64,000 nt of DNA from contig CAMVIT010000001.1 in the NCBI GenBank assembly GCA_947167635.1, positions 3,796-67,795 on the forward strand, given 5' to 3'. The position numbers were made by a program, and so were the translations under genes. Origin of the DNA: an uncultured Bacteroidales bacterium. GTDB lineage: Bacteria; Bacteroidota; Bacteroidia; Bacteroidales; WCHB1-69. This document shows positions 9,378 through 18,639 of this stretch, in pieces. The number at the start of each line of letters is the position of its first letter. Position 1 is the stretch's first letter. The notes beneath the pieces are model-generated. The model saw nothing but the letters and a program-made list of their open reading frames with translations. It had not been told where the DNA came from and did not search any database.

Positions 9378-12300
9378 ATGAAAAACAGTATCAAAATTTT
9401 CTGCTTAACACTCCTTGCCACATGCTTCTTTGCAGGCTCTGTGCAGGCTGAAAAAGTCAAGGGAGTGGTTCGTAAATCTTCCCCCAAAGCTGAATCGGCC
9501 ACATGTCTTCCGGCAGCCAGCTCCAACGAGCTGACCGTGAACAATGTTCGTGCATACATTGAGACTGGTGGTACGATGTGGTTCAAGGAAATTGCTGAAT
9601 ACGAGGTTCCCAAGGGATCCAAAAAGACTTCCATGTTCAGCGCCGGTCTTTGGATTGGTGGTCTTGACGTCAATGGTCAATTGAAATTGGCCGCCGTGCG
9701 GTTCAGACAAGTCGGTGACGACTATTGGACGGGCCCCCTGAAAATCACGGGTGCCAGTACGACACAATCCATGTGTATCAAGTTCGACAAGCTCTTCAAA
9801 ATCACCCGTTCCGAGGTTGACAGACATATCTCCGGTTATAACACTTCCGGATATGTGATGCCAGCCAGCATCGCCAATTGGCCTGCCCATGGAGACGAGG
9901 GTTACTCCTACTTCCTCGCTCCCTTCAAGGATGTCAATGGCAACAGCGTCTATGATCCTGAAAACGGTGATTACCCGTACTATGACATCAACAACGACCT
10001 CTGTCCTTGGACGGAGGACAACATTGCCCTCGCTGCCGCCCACGCCCTCCCGAGAACTCCTGAGGATCTGATGTACTACGGCACCGACTGGCATAACTCC
10101 AACGGTATGATCTACGCTGACCATGTGCTGAAAGGCGATGAGACCCTCTTCTGGATCTTCAACGACAACGCCGGCCCTCACACAGAGTCAGGTGGTGATC
10201 CTATCGGACTTGAGATTCGCGGCCAGGCATTCGGCTTCGCCACGAACGACGAGCTCAACAACATGACGTTCTACTCCTACGAGATTATCAACCGTTCCAC
10301 TTACCGTTTGACAAACACCTACTTCTCCCAATGGGTTGACCCCGATTTGGGATATGCCAAGGATGACTATGTGGGTTGCGATGTGTCTCGTGGTCTTGGT
10401 TATTGCTACAACGGTTCCAATGTTGACGGTACCGGCCAAATCGAGGCTTACGGTGACCAGCCGCCTGCCGTCGGTGTTGACTTCTTCCAGGGTCCGTATA
10501 TGGATGCCGATGGAAGAGACAATCCGAAATTCTATGCTGACAGCGCCTCTATCCCCGGCTATTGCGACCGTTTCCTCAAAAGCTCTTATGCTGCTGATCA
10601 AATGGCTATCAACGGTGTCAACTTCGGCGACCAGATTGTGGATAATGAACGTTTCGGTATGAGAAGATTCGTCTATCACAATAATGACAACTCTGTGGTG
10701 GGTGACCCGAGAGACGCTTACGAGTATTATAACATGCTTCAAGGTATCTGGAAAGATAACACCAAGATGAAATACGGCGGTAACGCCCATGTGTCCAATG
10801 GTGGTAATGGTCCAGACTGCGACTTCATGTTCCCCGGCCTTTCCGATGTGTGTAATTGGGGTACCAATGGTGTTGATCCTAATCTGGCGCAATATGGTTC
10901 CGATGGTTGGACTGAAGCCAACGTGGGCAACGCTCCTATGGACCGTCGTTTCATGCAGTCCGCTGGCCCGTTCACCCTGCAACCGGGTTCTGTCAACTAC
11001 ATCACGGTGGGTATTCCTTGGGCACGTGCCTCTCAAGGTGGTGCTCAAGCCTCTGTCGAGTTGCTGAAACTTGCCGATGACAAGTGCCAATCCCTCTTCG
11101 AGAACTGCTTCAAGACCCTCGATGGCCCTGATGCTCCCGATATCACCATTCGTGAACTCGAAAACGAGTTGATTCTGTACATCAGCAATGAGGACAAGAA
11201 CAGCAACAACTATCACGAGACCTACGAAGAACTGGATCCCCAGATCACCAGAACGCTTTCGAAAACGACTCTCGTGAGCACGCACGACACAGTTTACACC
11301 TATCACGCCGACGGTACTCCCGACACGATTGTGACGGAGACCATCGTCCCTGTGACCACTCACGACACGCTCTCGACAGAACAACGTAAATATCATTTCG
11401 AAGGTTATCAGATCTATCAATTGGCCAACGCTTCCGTCAGTGTCACCGACTTGAACGATGCCAGCAAGGCTATCTTGATTGGTCAGTGCGATGTCGAGAA
11501 TGAAGCTGGACAACTCATCAACTGGGTCTATAACGAAGCCCTTGCTTCCTCTGTGGCCACTGAAATGGTGAACGGAACCAACAGTGGTATTTTCCACTCT
11601 TTCAGTGTGAAAGAAGACAAATTTGCCACCGGTACCAACAAGAGACTGGTCAACCACAAGCAATACTACTTCCTTGTTTTGGCATACGGTTACAACTGTT
11701 ACAAGGAGTTCAAGCTTGAAGACGGCTATCTTGACGGTCAAATTTCACCGTATCTCGCCGGCCGTCGTAACATCAAGGTCTATACGGGCACTCCTCATAA
11801 GTCTGTGGAGAACTTGCAACAGGCCGTGTACGGTGACCAACCGATGATCACACGTATTGAAGGCCAGGGTAATGGCGGATTTTTCCTTGACATGACGGAC
11901 GAAAGTCGCGACATGATTCTTGCCAACAATGTATATAACAATATTCAATACAAGAACAACTATGGTCCTCTGAACATCATGGTGGTTGACCCGTTGCAGG
12001 TGAAGCCCTATGATTACTACATCAAGTTCCTGCCCAACAGCTTGGATAATGATGTGAACGACAGCACCGAATGGCAACTCATCATTTCCGATGAGGTGAC
12101 TGACGATGAGCTGGCAGAGCTGGGCCTTGAACGTGTCACGACCGCCAACATGCCTATCAGCATGACCAACGAGCAACTCTTCCTCGACCTTGGTATTTCC
12201 GTTTCGTTGAAAAATGCTCAGTTCAAGATCCACCAAAAAGACTTGAACGACTATGTGGCCGCATCTGCTCGTGGCTACAGCTACTCTAACCTCCACATGT

Positions 12301-14108
12301 ACGGTCAGGTTGACTTTGTGGGTTCCTCCATTGACTTTGGCGGTGGCTCGGCATGGCTTTCGGGTGTCTCCGACATCGAAGGTGACTTCCCGGCCAACTG
12401 GATTCACTCCGGCCAATACTCCACTGGTAAATGGTACGACTGGGCTTACCATGGACATCCCGAAGGTCAGGATGGTGCTGAAGACGAATATGGCAAGTGG
12501 CGTACCGAGGACATGTGCATGATTGTCGGTGAAGGTGTGTTGAACAGTGACGAGACAAGCCGTGCGTTCAAAGATCCTAACCAACAATTTGAAAGTGTGA
12601 TTGGCGGCACGTGGTCTCCATACGTGCTCTCCTCTCCTTACGACGGCGGTCCGCAAGCCAAGTATCTTGTTCCTGATGACAAGTTGTTCTTGGAGCCTGA
12701 TGGATCTCCTACTCCTGGTGCACAACCTTCTCCTTCCTATTTCAGCTTCTCTGACTTCACTTCCGTGCCGAGACGTGCCGGTTATAACCAAACGATGACC
12801 AATCTCTACTCCATTGATGTGGTTTTGACTCCCGACAGAAGCAAGTGGACACGCGCCATTGTCTTGGAGGCCGGTAATGCCACCCAGGACGAAGACTACT
12901 TGGTGCCCCAAGAGTTCCACGGTGCTGTCTATCATAACGTCAGACATGAGCCGAAGAAATGTCCGTCTGTTGACAAGGACGGCAATCCTGAGACAAATCC
13001 CGTCGCCGGTCAGGAGACTGGTTTCGGTTGGTTCCCGGGCTATGCTATCAATGTGGAGACCGGTGAGCGTCTGAACATCATGTTCGCCGAGAATTCCCTT
13101 GACACGTTCAACAATGGTAACGACATGATCTTCAACCCGACGGATGTATATGCCTTCTACCGTAACTTGGAGACGGGAGAATATATGTATGATGAAGAGA
13201 CGGGTGAGCCTTATGCCATGAGTGAAAGTGTGTTCAACAGTTACCGTGAAGCTTACGGTGTCTTGTTCGGCGAACCGCTGAACGGTGGACGTCACTACAT
13301 CTATGTTTGCGGCAGCTCCGGCAACACTTGCTCCATGCCGTATCACTCCTCTTCACGTCATCGTAACTACAATGACGGTGGCACGGTGTGGCAGAACAAC
13401 GGTGGCACCATCGAAAACACTAACCTTCCTTTCTACGAGTGCGGTCCGTATGACGAGTGTGCATGGCTGAACGCCAAGTTCAAATCCTTCATCGGTATCA
13501 TGACCATGGGCGACAACAACAGAATGCGTCAGAAAATGCAACTGTTCAACAACGTGATGTGGACCAGCATCCCGATGCCGGCCGTGAACCGCGAAAAAGA
13601 TTGGTTGTCCAGTGACGCCACCATAAAGATTCGTGTTTCCCGTCCGTATTTGAGATACTCATCCCGTTGGTACGACGATCCTTCCGAGGCTCCGTACACT
13701 TCGTTGAACGATGGATACCCGATGTACGAATTCACGACAAAGAACCTTGCACCCAAGAGAGCTACCGAAGCAGAGGAGATTCAAACACTGTTGGACGAAA
13801 TCAACATTGTCCCGAATCCTTACTATGGCTTCTCTCAATATGAAAACACCGCTTTGGAGAACTATGTGCGCATTGTGAATCTCCCGGCCAAGTGTACCAT
13901 TTCTATCTTCACCGTCAATGGAACTCTGATCAGAACCATTACAAAGGGTGATGCCGCTACCTCATACGTCCAGTGGGATCTGAAGAACCACGCCAATATT
14001 CCTATTTCCGGTGGTGTTTACATCATCCATGTGAAAGCGGATGGCATTGGTGAAAGAACCCTCAAATTCTTCTGTGCTATGCGTCCGACCGACCTGAATG
14101 GTTTCTAA
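9378..14108 (+). CDS. Giant secreted protein of unknown function with a T9SS type-A C-terminal sorting domain
   Basis: 1576 aa with a signal peptide (…FFAGSVQA). The last ~90 aa (NIVPNPYYGF...CTISIFTVNGTLIRTI...GGVYIIHVKADG...KF) match the Por secretion tail pattern. I recognised no catalytic motif in the body. Confidence 0.7.
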   Translation: MKNSIKIFCLTLLATCFFAGSVQAEKVKGVVRKSSPKAESATCLPAASSNELTVNNVRAYIETGGTMWFKEIAEYEVPKGSKKTSMFSAGLWIGGLDVNGQLKLAAVRFRQVGDDYWTGPLKITGASTTQSMCIKFDKLFKITRSEVDRHISGYNTSGYVMPASIANWPAHGDEGYSYFLAPFKDVNGNSVYDPENGDYPYYDINNDLCPWTEDNIALAAAHALPRTPEDLMYYGTDWHNSNGMIYADHVLKGDETLFWIFNDNAGPHTESGGDPIGLEIRGQAFGFATNDELNNMTFYSYEIINRSTYRLTNTYFSQWVDPDLGYAKDDYVGCDVSRGLGYCYNGSNVDGTGQIEAYGDQPPAVGVDFFQGPYMDADGRDNPKFYADSASIPGYCDRFLKSSYAADQMAINGVNFGDQIVDNERFGMRRFVYHNNDNSVVGDPRDAYEYYNMLQGIWKDNTKMKYGGNAHVSNGGNGPDCDFMFPGLSDVCNWGTNGVDPNLAQYGSDGWTEANVGNAPMDRRFMQSAGPFTLQPGSVNYITVGIPWARASQGGAQASVELLKLADDKCQSLFENCFKTLDGPDAPDITIRELENELILYISNEDKNSNNYHETYEELDPQITRTLSKTTLVSTHDTVYTYHADGTPDTIVTETIVPVTTHDTLSTEQRKYHFEGYQIYQLANASVSVTDLNDASKAILIGQCDVENEAGQLINWVYNEALASSVATEMVNGTNSGIFHSFSVKEDKFATGTNKRLVNHKQYYFLVLAYGYNCYKEFKLEDGYLDGQISPYLAGRRNIKVYTGTPHKSVENLQQAVYGDQPMITRIEGQGNGGFFLDMTDESRDMILANNVYNNIQYKNNYGPLNIMVVDPLQVKPYDYYIKFLPNSLDNDVNDSTEWQLIISDEVTDDELAELGLERVTTANMPISMTNEQLFLDLGISVSLKNAQFKIHQKDLNDYVAASARGYSYSNLHMYGQVDFVGSSIDFGGGSAWLSGVSDIEGDFPANWIHSGQYSTGKWYDWAYHGHPEGQDGAEDEYGKWRTEDMCMIVGEGVLNSDETSRAFKDPNQQFESVIGGTWSPYVLSSPYDGGPQAKYLVPDDKLFLEPDGSPTPGAQPSPSYFSFSDFTSVPRRAGYNQTMTNLYSIDVVLTPDRSKWTRAIVLEAGNATQDEDYLVPQEFHGAVYHNVRHEPKKCPSVDKDGNPETNPVAGQETGFGWFPGYAINVETGERLNIMFAENSLDTFNNGNDMIFNPTDVYAFYRNLETGEYMYDEETGEPYAMSESVFNSYREAYGVLFGEPLNGGRHYIYVCGSSGNTCSMPYHSSSRHRNYNDGGTVWQNNGGTIENTNLPFYECGPYDECAWLNAKFKSFIGIMTMGDNNRMRQKMQLFNNVMWTSIPMPAVNREKDWLSSDATIKIRVSRPYLRYSSRWYDDPSEAPYTSLNDGYPMYEFTTKNLAPKRATEAEEIQTLLDEINIVPNPYYGFSQYENTALENYVRIVNLPAKCTISIFTVNGTLIRTITKGDAATSYVQWDLKNHANIPISGGVYIIHVKADGIGERTLKFFCAMRPTDLNGF

Positions 14109-14138
14109 AATTATTAATATCGCTAAAAACTAAGAAGT

Positions 14139-15332
14139 ATGAAAAACATATATAAGTCATTAATAATTTGCACATTAGTTGCCTTGTTGTCGGTCTGTGC
14201 TACCAACACAGCATGGGCTGGTAACCGTGACCGTTCCGGTCAGGCTGGCGCTTCCCATCTTCTGATTGATCCATGGGCGCGCACCAACGGAATGGCGAAT
14301 GCCGGAGTTGCCGAGGTCAGAGGCCTTGAATCTGTCTTTTCCAACGTGGCAGGTTTGACCTACATCACGAAGACCCAATTTGCCTTCAACCGTACCCAAT
14401 ATTTGGTGGGCTCCAATTGTGGCATCAACATCAATGCCCTGGCTTTTGCCCAGCACCTTGGTAAAGAGAGAGATTTCGGTACCATTGCCATCTCTTTCTC
14501 CACGATGGGCTTCGGCCAAATTCCTGTGACCACCGTATCACAACCTGAAGGCGGCCTTGGTACGTTCAGCCCCTCTTTGTCCGTTATCGGTATTCACTAC
14601 GCCAAGTCATTCAACAACTTTATCAAAGGTGGTATCTCCCTGAAGATCATCAATGAAAGCATTGCCGACTTGCACGCAACCGGATTTGCACTCGATGCAG
14701 GTATCCAATATATCACGGGTGCGTTTGAGCAATTCAAGATTGGTGTCACTTTGAAAAACATCGGTCTGCCGATGTCCTATAAGGGCGATGGACTCACCAA
14801 TAGAGGTGTGATTTCCAATACAAACGTGGAACAATCCCTCAATGTTCGTTCCGCCGAGTTCGAGATGCCCTCCTTGTTGGTGATAGGCGTTTCCTATGAC
14901 TTCCTTTGGTTTGGTGGCCAATATGCTTCCATGTCCAAGGATGAGAGAAAAGCGGAAGGCCTGACCCGTGAGGATGCCATGCACAGACTCACACTGTGTG
15001 GTGCCTTCACTGCCAACTCCTATTCTCGTGACATTTTCTCCGTCGGTATTGAGTACGGCTTCATGCAGTATTTCATGGTGCGTGCAGGCTATGGCCTGGA
15101 GAACGTCGGCAAGAAAACATCTACAGAAATAAATGAAAACGGTCAAGAGGAAGTGGTCAAGCGTCTCTTGTGGAACTCAGACTCTTTCTTCTCTGGACCT
15201 TCTGTGGGTGCCACCGCTGTCATCCCTTTGAAGAAGGGTAACACGGGTTCAAGAATCTATATTGACTATGCTTATCGTTTCACGAGCAAGTGGAGAGGTA
15301 ACCATGTCATGGGAATCAAGTTCACGTTGTAA
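14139..15332 (+). CDS. PorV/PorQ-family-like outer-membrane beta-barrel protein
   Basis: 397 aa with a signal peptide. The N-terminal block GASHLLIDPWARTNGMANAGVA resembles the PorV/PorQ signature (...aR..gmG.agva). The body has an alternating beta-strand pattern. Confidence 0.55.
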   Translation: MKNIYKSLIICTLVALLSVCATNTAWAGNRDRSGQAGASHLLIDPWARTNGMANAGVAEVRGLESVFSNVAGLTYITKTQFAFNRTQYLVGSNCGININALAFAQHLGKERDFGTIAISFSTMGFGQIPVTTVSQPEGGLGTFSPSLSVIGIHYAKSFNNFIKGGISLKIINESIADLHATGFALDAGIQYITGAFEQFKIGVTLKNIGLPMSYKGDGLTNRGVISNTNVEQSLNVRSAEFEMPSLLVIGVSYDFLWFGGQYASMSKDERKAEGLTREDAMHRLTLCGAFTANSYSRDIFSVGIEYGFMQYFMVRAGYGLENVGKKTSTEINENGQEEVVKRLLWNSDSFFSGPSVGATAVIPLKKGNTGSRIYIDYAYRFTSKWRGNHVMGIKFTL

Positions 15333-15358
15333 GATCTATTGACCTTTTTAAGTTATAA

Positions 15359-15390
15359 TAGAAGAGACTTTCACGAGTCTCTTCTATTTT
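15359..15390 (+). terminator. Rho-independent terminator after the three-gene OM/T9SS operon
   Basis: 11-bp perfect stem TAGAAGAGACT / AGTCTCTTCTA with loop TTCACG, followed by TTTT. Confidence 0.7.
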
Positions 15391-15409
15391 GTATAATAAA
15401 AACACAGTT

Positions 15410-15883
15410 ATGGAAGAAGTAAAATATTATTCTCAAGAGGGTTTGGATGCACTGAAGAAAGAACTCAGCCTGCTTGAGTCGGTAGAGAGACCTAAAATAT
15501 CGCAGGCTATTGCGGAGGCGCGCGACAAGGGCGACTTGTCGGAGAACGCCGAATATGATGCCGCCAAGGAAGCCCAGGGCTTGCTGGAGATGAAAATCGC
15601 CAACTTGCGCAATCTCATTGCCACCGCCCGTGTTCTTGACGAGTCCAAAATCGATGTTTCCAAGGTCCTGATCTATTCCATCGTCAAGATTAAAAATGTC
15701 AAGAATGGAATGACAATGACCTATACTATCGTGCCGGAGTCGGAATCAGACTTCAAGGCTGGAAAAATCTCTGTTTCAAGTCCTATCGCCAAGGCCCTCA
15801 TCGGTAATTCCAAAGGTGATGTGGTGACTGTGCAGGCCCCTGTCGGCACCATGGAATTTGAAATCCTTGACATTTCACGTTAA
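15410..15883 (+). CDS. greA: Transcription elongation factor GreA
   Basis: GDLSENAEYDAAKEAQ block, ~157 aa. I moved the start to the ATG at 15410 because the track start at 15389 lies inside the upstream terminator. Confidence 0.85.
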   Translation: MEEVKYYSQEGLDALKKELSLLESVERPKISQAIAEARDKGDLSENAEYDAAKEAQGLLEMKIANLRNLIATARVLDESKIDVSKVLIYSIVKIKNVKNGMTMTYTIVPESESDFKAGKISVSSPIAKALIGNSKGDVVTVQAPVGTMEFEILDISR

Positions 15884-15894
15884 TTCAAACAATC

Positions 15895-16296
15895 ATGGAA
15901 GACACTATTTTTACAAAAATCATCAAAGGCGAGATTCCTTGCTACAAAATTGCCGAAAACGAGGACTTTTTTGCTTTCTTGGACATCTCACCTATCGCCC
16001 AGGGGCATACGCTTGTGGTGACAAAGTTGCAAAACGACTATATTTTTGACCTGCCTGACGAGTTGTTGGGCAGGATGATGGTCTTCGCCAAGAAGGTCGC
16101 CTCTGGCATCAAGAAAGCATTTCCGTGCAATCGCGTGGGCGTGGCGGTCATCGGTATCGATGTGCCGCACAACCATATTCACCTTGTCCCCATCAACGGG
16201 GTCGGTGACCTCAACTTCAAGGCCGAGCGTGTGAAGCTTACCGAAGAGGAGTTCAAAGCGACTGCCGCAGCCATATCGGCTGCTATCGAATGGTAA
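15895..16296 (+). CDS. HIT-family (histidine triad) nucleotide hydrolase
   Basis: 133 aa containing the histidine triad HNHIHLV. Confidence 0.85.
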   Translation: MEDTIFTKIIKGEIPCYKIAENEDFFAFLDISPIAQGHTLVVTKLQNDYIFDLPDELLGRMMVFAKKVASGIKKAFPCNRVGVAVIGIDVPHNHIHLVPINGVGDLNFKAERVKLTEEEFKATAAAISAAIEW

Positions 16297-16314
16297 ATTA
16301 AAAATCCCATTGTT

Positions 16315-17157
16315 ATGAATACTAAAGAATTAGAAAACATTGCCGCACAGGTGCGCCGCGACATCATTCGGATGGTGCATGGTGCCAAGTCGGGCCATCC
16401 CGGTGGTTCGTTGGGTTGTGCCGACTTCATGACGGCCCTCTATTTCCAAATCATGGAGATAGACCCGGCCCATTTCACGAAAGAAGGAGTTGGCGAAGAC
16501 ATGTTCTTCCTTTCCAATGGACACATCTCCCCGGTGCTCTACAGTGTCATGGCCCGCAGGGGATATTTTCCCGTCGAGGAACTGGGAACCTTCCGCAAGC
16601 TGCACACGCGCCTGCAAGGCCATCCCACGCCCGTAGAGGGGCTTCCTGGCATTCGTGTGGCCTCCGGTTCGCTCGGACAAGGCGTTTCCGTTGCCCTCGG
16701 TGCCGCCTTGGCCAAGAAAGCCAACAAAGACCCGCATCTCGTTTTCGCCCTCACAGGTGACGGCGAGCTGCAGGAAGGACAGATCTGGGAAGCCTTCATG
16801 TTCGGTGGCGCCAAGAAGGTGGACAACCTGATTGTGACCATCGACCACAATGGCAAGCAGATTGACGGCCCCACGGATGTCGTCATGTCCCTCGGCAAGC
16901 TGCGCGCCAAGCTTGAGGCTTTTGGATGGATGGTGTTCGAAATGGACGGCAACGACATGAAAAAGTGCGTGCAGACACTCACGTTGGCGAAGACCATTTC
17001 CTGCAAAGGAAAGCCGATCGCCATTGTCATGAAGACCGAGATGGGCAAGGGTGTGGATTTCATGATGGGAACCCACAAATGGCACGGTACGCCGCCCAAC
17101 GATGAGCAGGCGGAAGCGGCATTAGCCCAACTTCCAGTCACACTCGGCGATTACTAA
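16315..17157 (+). CDS. Transketolase, N-terminal (ThDP/PP-domain) subunit only
   Basis: 280 aa with GHPGGSLG and the GDGELQEG...N ThDP-binding motif. It ends where split transketolases end. No C-terminal subunit gene follows. Confidence 0.8.
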   Translation: MNTKELENIAAQVRRDIIRMVHGAKSGHPGGSLGCADFMTALYFQIMEIDPAHFTKEGVGEDMFFLSNGHISPVLYSVMARRGYFPVEELGTFRKLHTRLQGHPTPVEGLPGIRVASGSLGQGVSVALGAALAKKANKDPHLVFALTGDGELQEGQIWEAFMFGGAKKVDNLIVTIDHNGKQIDGPTDVVMSLGKLRAKLEAFGWMVFEMDGNDMKKCVQTLTLAKTISCKGKPIAIVMKTEMGKGVDFMMGTHKWHGTPPNDEQAEAALAQLPVTLGDY

Positions 17158-17169
17158 TTGCATTTCGTC

Positions 17170-18639
17170 GTGAAAATCATCAACAGATATCTCTGTAAAA
17201 ACTTTTTAGGGCCATTTGTACTTACATTCTTCGTGGCCCTTTTTGTTCTGTTGATGCAATTTTTGTGGAAATGGGTGGACGAGCTCGTGGGTAAGGGCCT
17301 GGAGCTGACAGTTCTGTTGAAACTGCTTTTCTATGCTTCCATCACACTGACCTCCATGGCTTTTCCGCTGGCTGTGTTGTTGGCATCTTTGATGACCTTT
17401 GGCAACATGGGCGAACGTTATGAGATTGTGGCGCTCAAATCCGCCGGTGTGTCTGTGCAGAAGATGATGGCCCCGTTAGCCATCCTCTCCTTGGTCATTG
17501 CCGCCGTCGCCTTTGAGTTTTCCAACGAGGTTATCCCCAAAGCCACGGTTAAACTTCGGATGTTGCTGTTTGACATCCAAGAACAGAAGCCGGCCCTCAA
17601 CATCGAGGAGGGTGTTTTCTATACTGGTTTTGACAACTATGCCATTCGCGTGGGCAAAAAGATGCCCGACGGGGAGACGGTGAAAGATGTGATGATCTAC
17701 GACCATTCCCGCCGGATGGGCAACACCTCCGTCACATACGCGAAACGTGGCACCATGCGCGTCACGCCCGATAAACACTACCTGGTGTTCACCCTCTATG
17801 ACGGTTCTTTTTGGGACGAAAACCAGTTTGCACGCGGTGGCAACGGCGGGCGTTATCCGCTGACCCGAGCCACGTTCGACAAGCAATACAAGCGTTTTGA
17901 CATGTCCTCTTTCTCGCTGGGCGAAACCGACGAGAATTTTTATGAGGGACACTCCACCGCTTTGTCGATAAAAGAACTGAATGAAAGAATCGACACGCTG
18001 AAGAAAGAGTTGACCCACTTGGCGCATGGTGCTTCCGACGTTTTTTTCGGTAATTTGTACTATTTCAACATCTTCATCAAAAACGACTCCACCCGTTTTG
18101 ACACAATGACACGCGCCCAAAAGTGTGATTTTTCAGAAATATCGGAAGACCAGGCATTTAGAATCTTTTCTTATGCGAACAACGCGTCTCGTTCATTCAT
18201 CTATTCTGTTCGTTTTTCTTATCAGGACATGGAATTCCGGAACCGTTATCTGTGGAGTTTCCAGATTGAGTTTTTCCGGAAATTCACCCTGTCGCTGGCT
18301 TGTGTGCTGTTTTTCTTTATCGGAGCCCCGTTGGGGTCCATCATCCGGAAGGGAGGCATCGGCATCCCCTTGGTTGTGACCGTGGTCTTTTTCACGCTCT
18401 ATTTCGCACTCTCCATCACGGGCGAGAAAATTGCCAAAAGCAGTGTATGGCCCGTCTGGTTCGGGATGGGCCTCTCCTCATTCATTCTATTGCCTATATG
18501 TATTTTCCTCACCCGCCATGCCACCACAGACTCGGCAGTACTGTCGCCGGATACGTATGCCAAGATTGTGGAAAACATTAAAAAGTTCAAGTTATTTGGT
18601 AGAAAAAAAAGACATGAAGATACTACAACTTTGTCATAA
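17170..18639 (+). CDS. LptF/LptG-family (YjgP/YjgQ) permease
   Basis: The N-terminus KIINRYLCKNFLGPFVLTFF is typical of the family. It has multiple TM segments with a large periplasmic insert. GTG start at 17170 preferred; the track start is TTG at 17158. Confidence 0.75.
   Translation: MKIINRYLCKNFLGPFVLTFFVALFVLLMQFLWKWVDELVGKGLELTVLLKLLFYASITLTSMAFPLAVLLASLMTFGNMGERYEIVALKSAGVSVQKMMAPLAILSLVIAAVAFEFSNEVIPKATVKLRMLLFDIQEQKPALNIEEGVFYTGFDNYAIRVGKKMPDGETVKDVMIYDHSRRMGNTSVTYAKRGTMRVTPDKHYLVFTLYDGSFWDENQFARGGNGGRYPLTRATFDKQYKRFDMSSFSLGETDENFYEGHSTALSIKELNERIDTLKKELTHLAHGASDVFFGNLYYFNIFIKNDSTRFDTMTRAQKCDFSEISEDQAFRIFSYANNASRSFIYSVRFSYQDMEFRNRYLWSFQIEFFRKFTLSLACVLFFFIGAPLGSIIRKGGIGIPLVVTVVFFTLYFALSITGEKIAKSSVWPVWFGMGLSSFILLPICIFLTRHATTDSAVLSPDTYAKIVENIKKFKLFGRKKRHEDTTTLS

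Noticed and set aside
18431-18613. The upstream extension of the GT4 ORF (track start 18431).
   Set aside because: It lies in an alternative frame of the LptF/G-family gene's C-terminus. The conserved GT4 N-terminus (MKILQLCH...) starts at the ATG at 18614.
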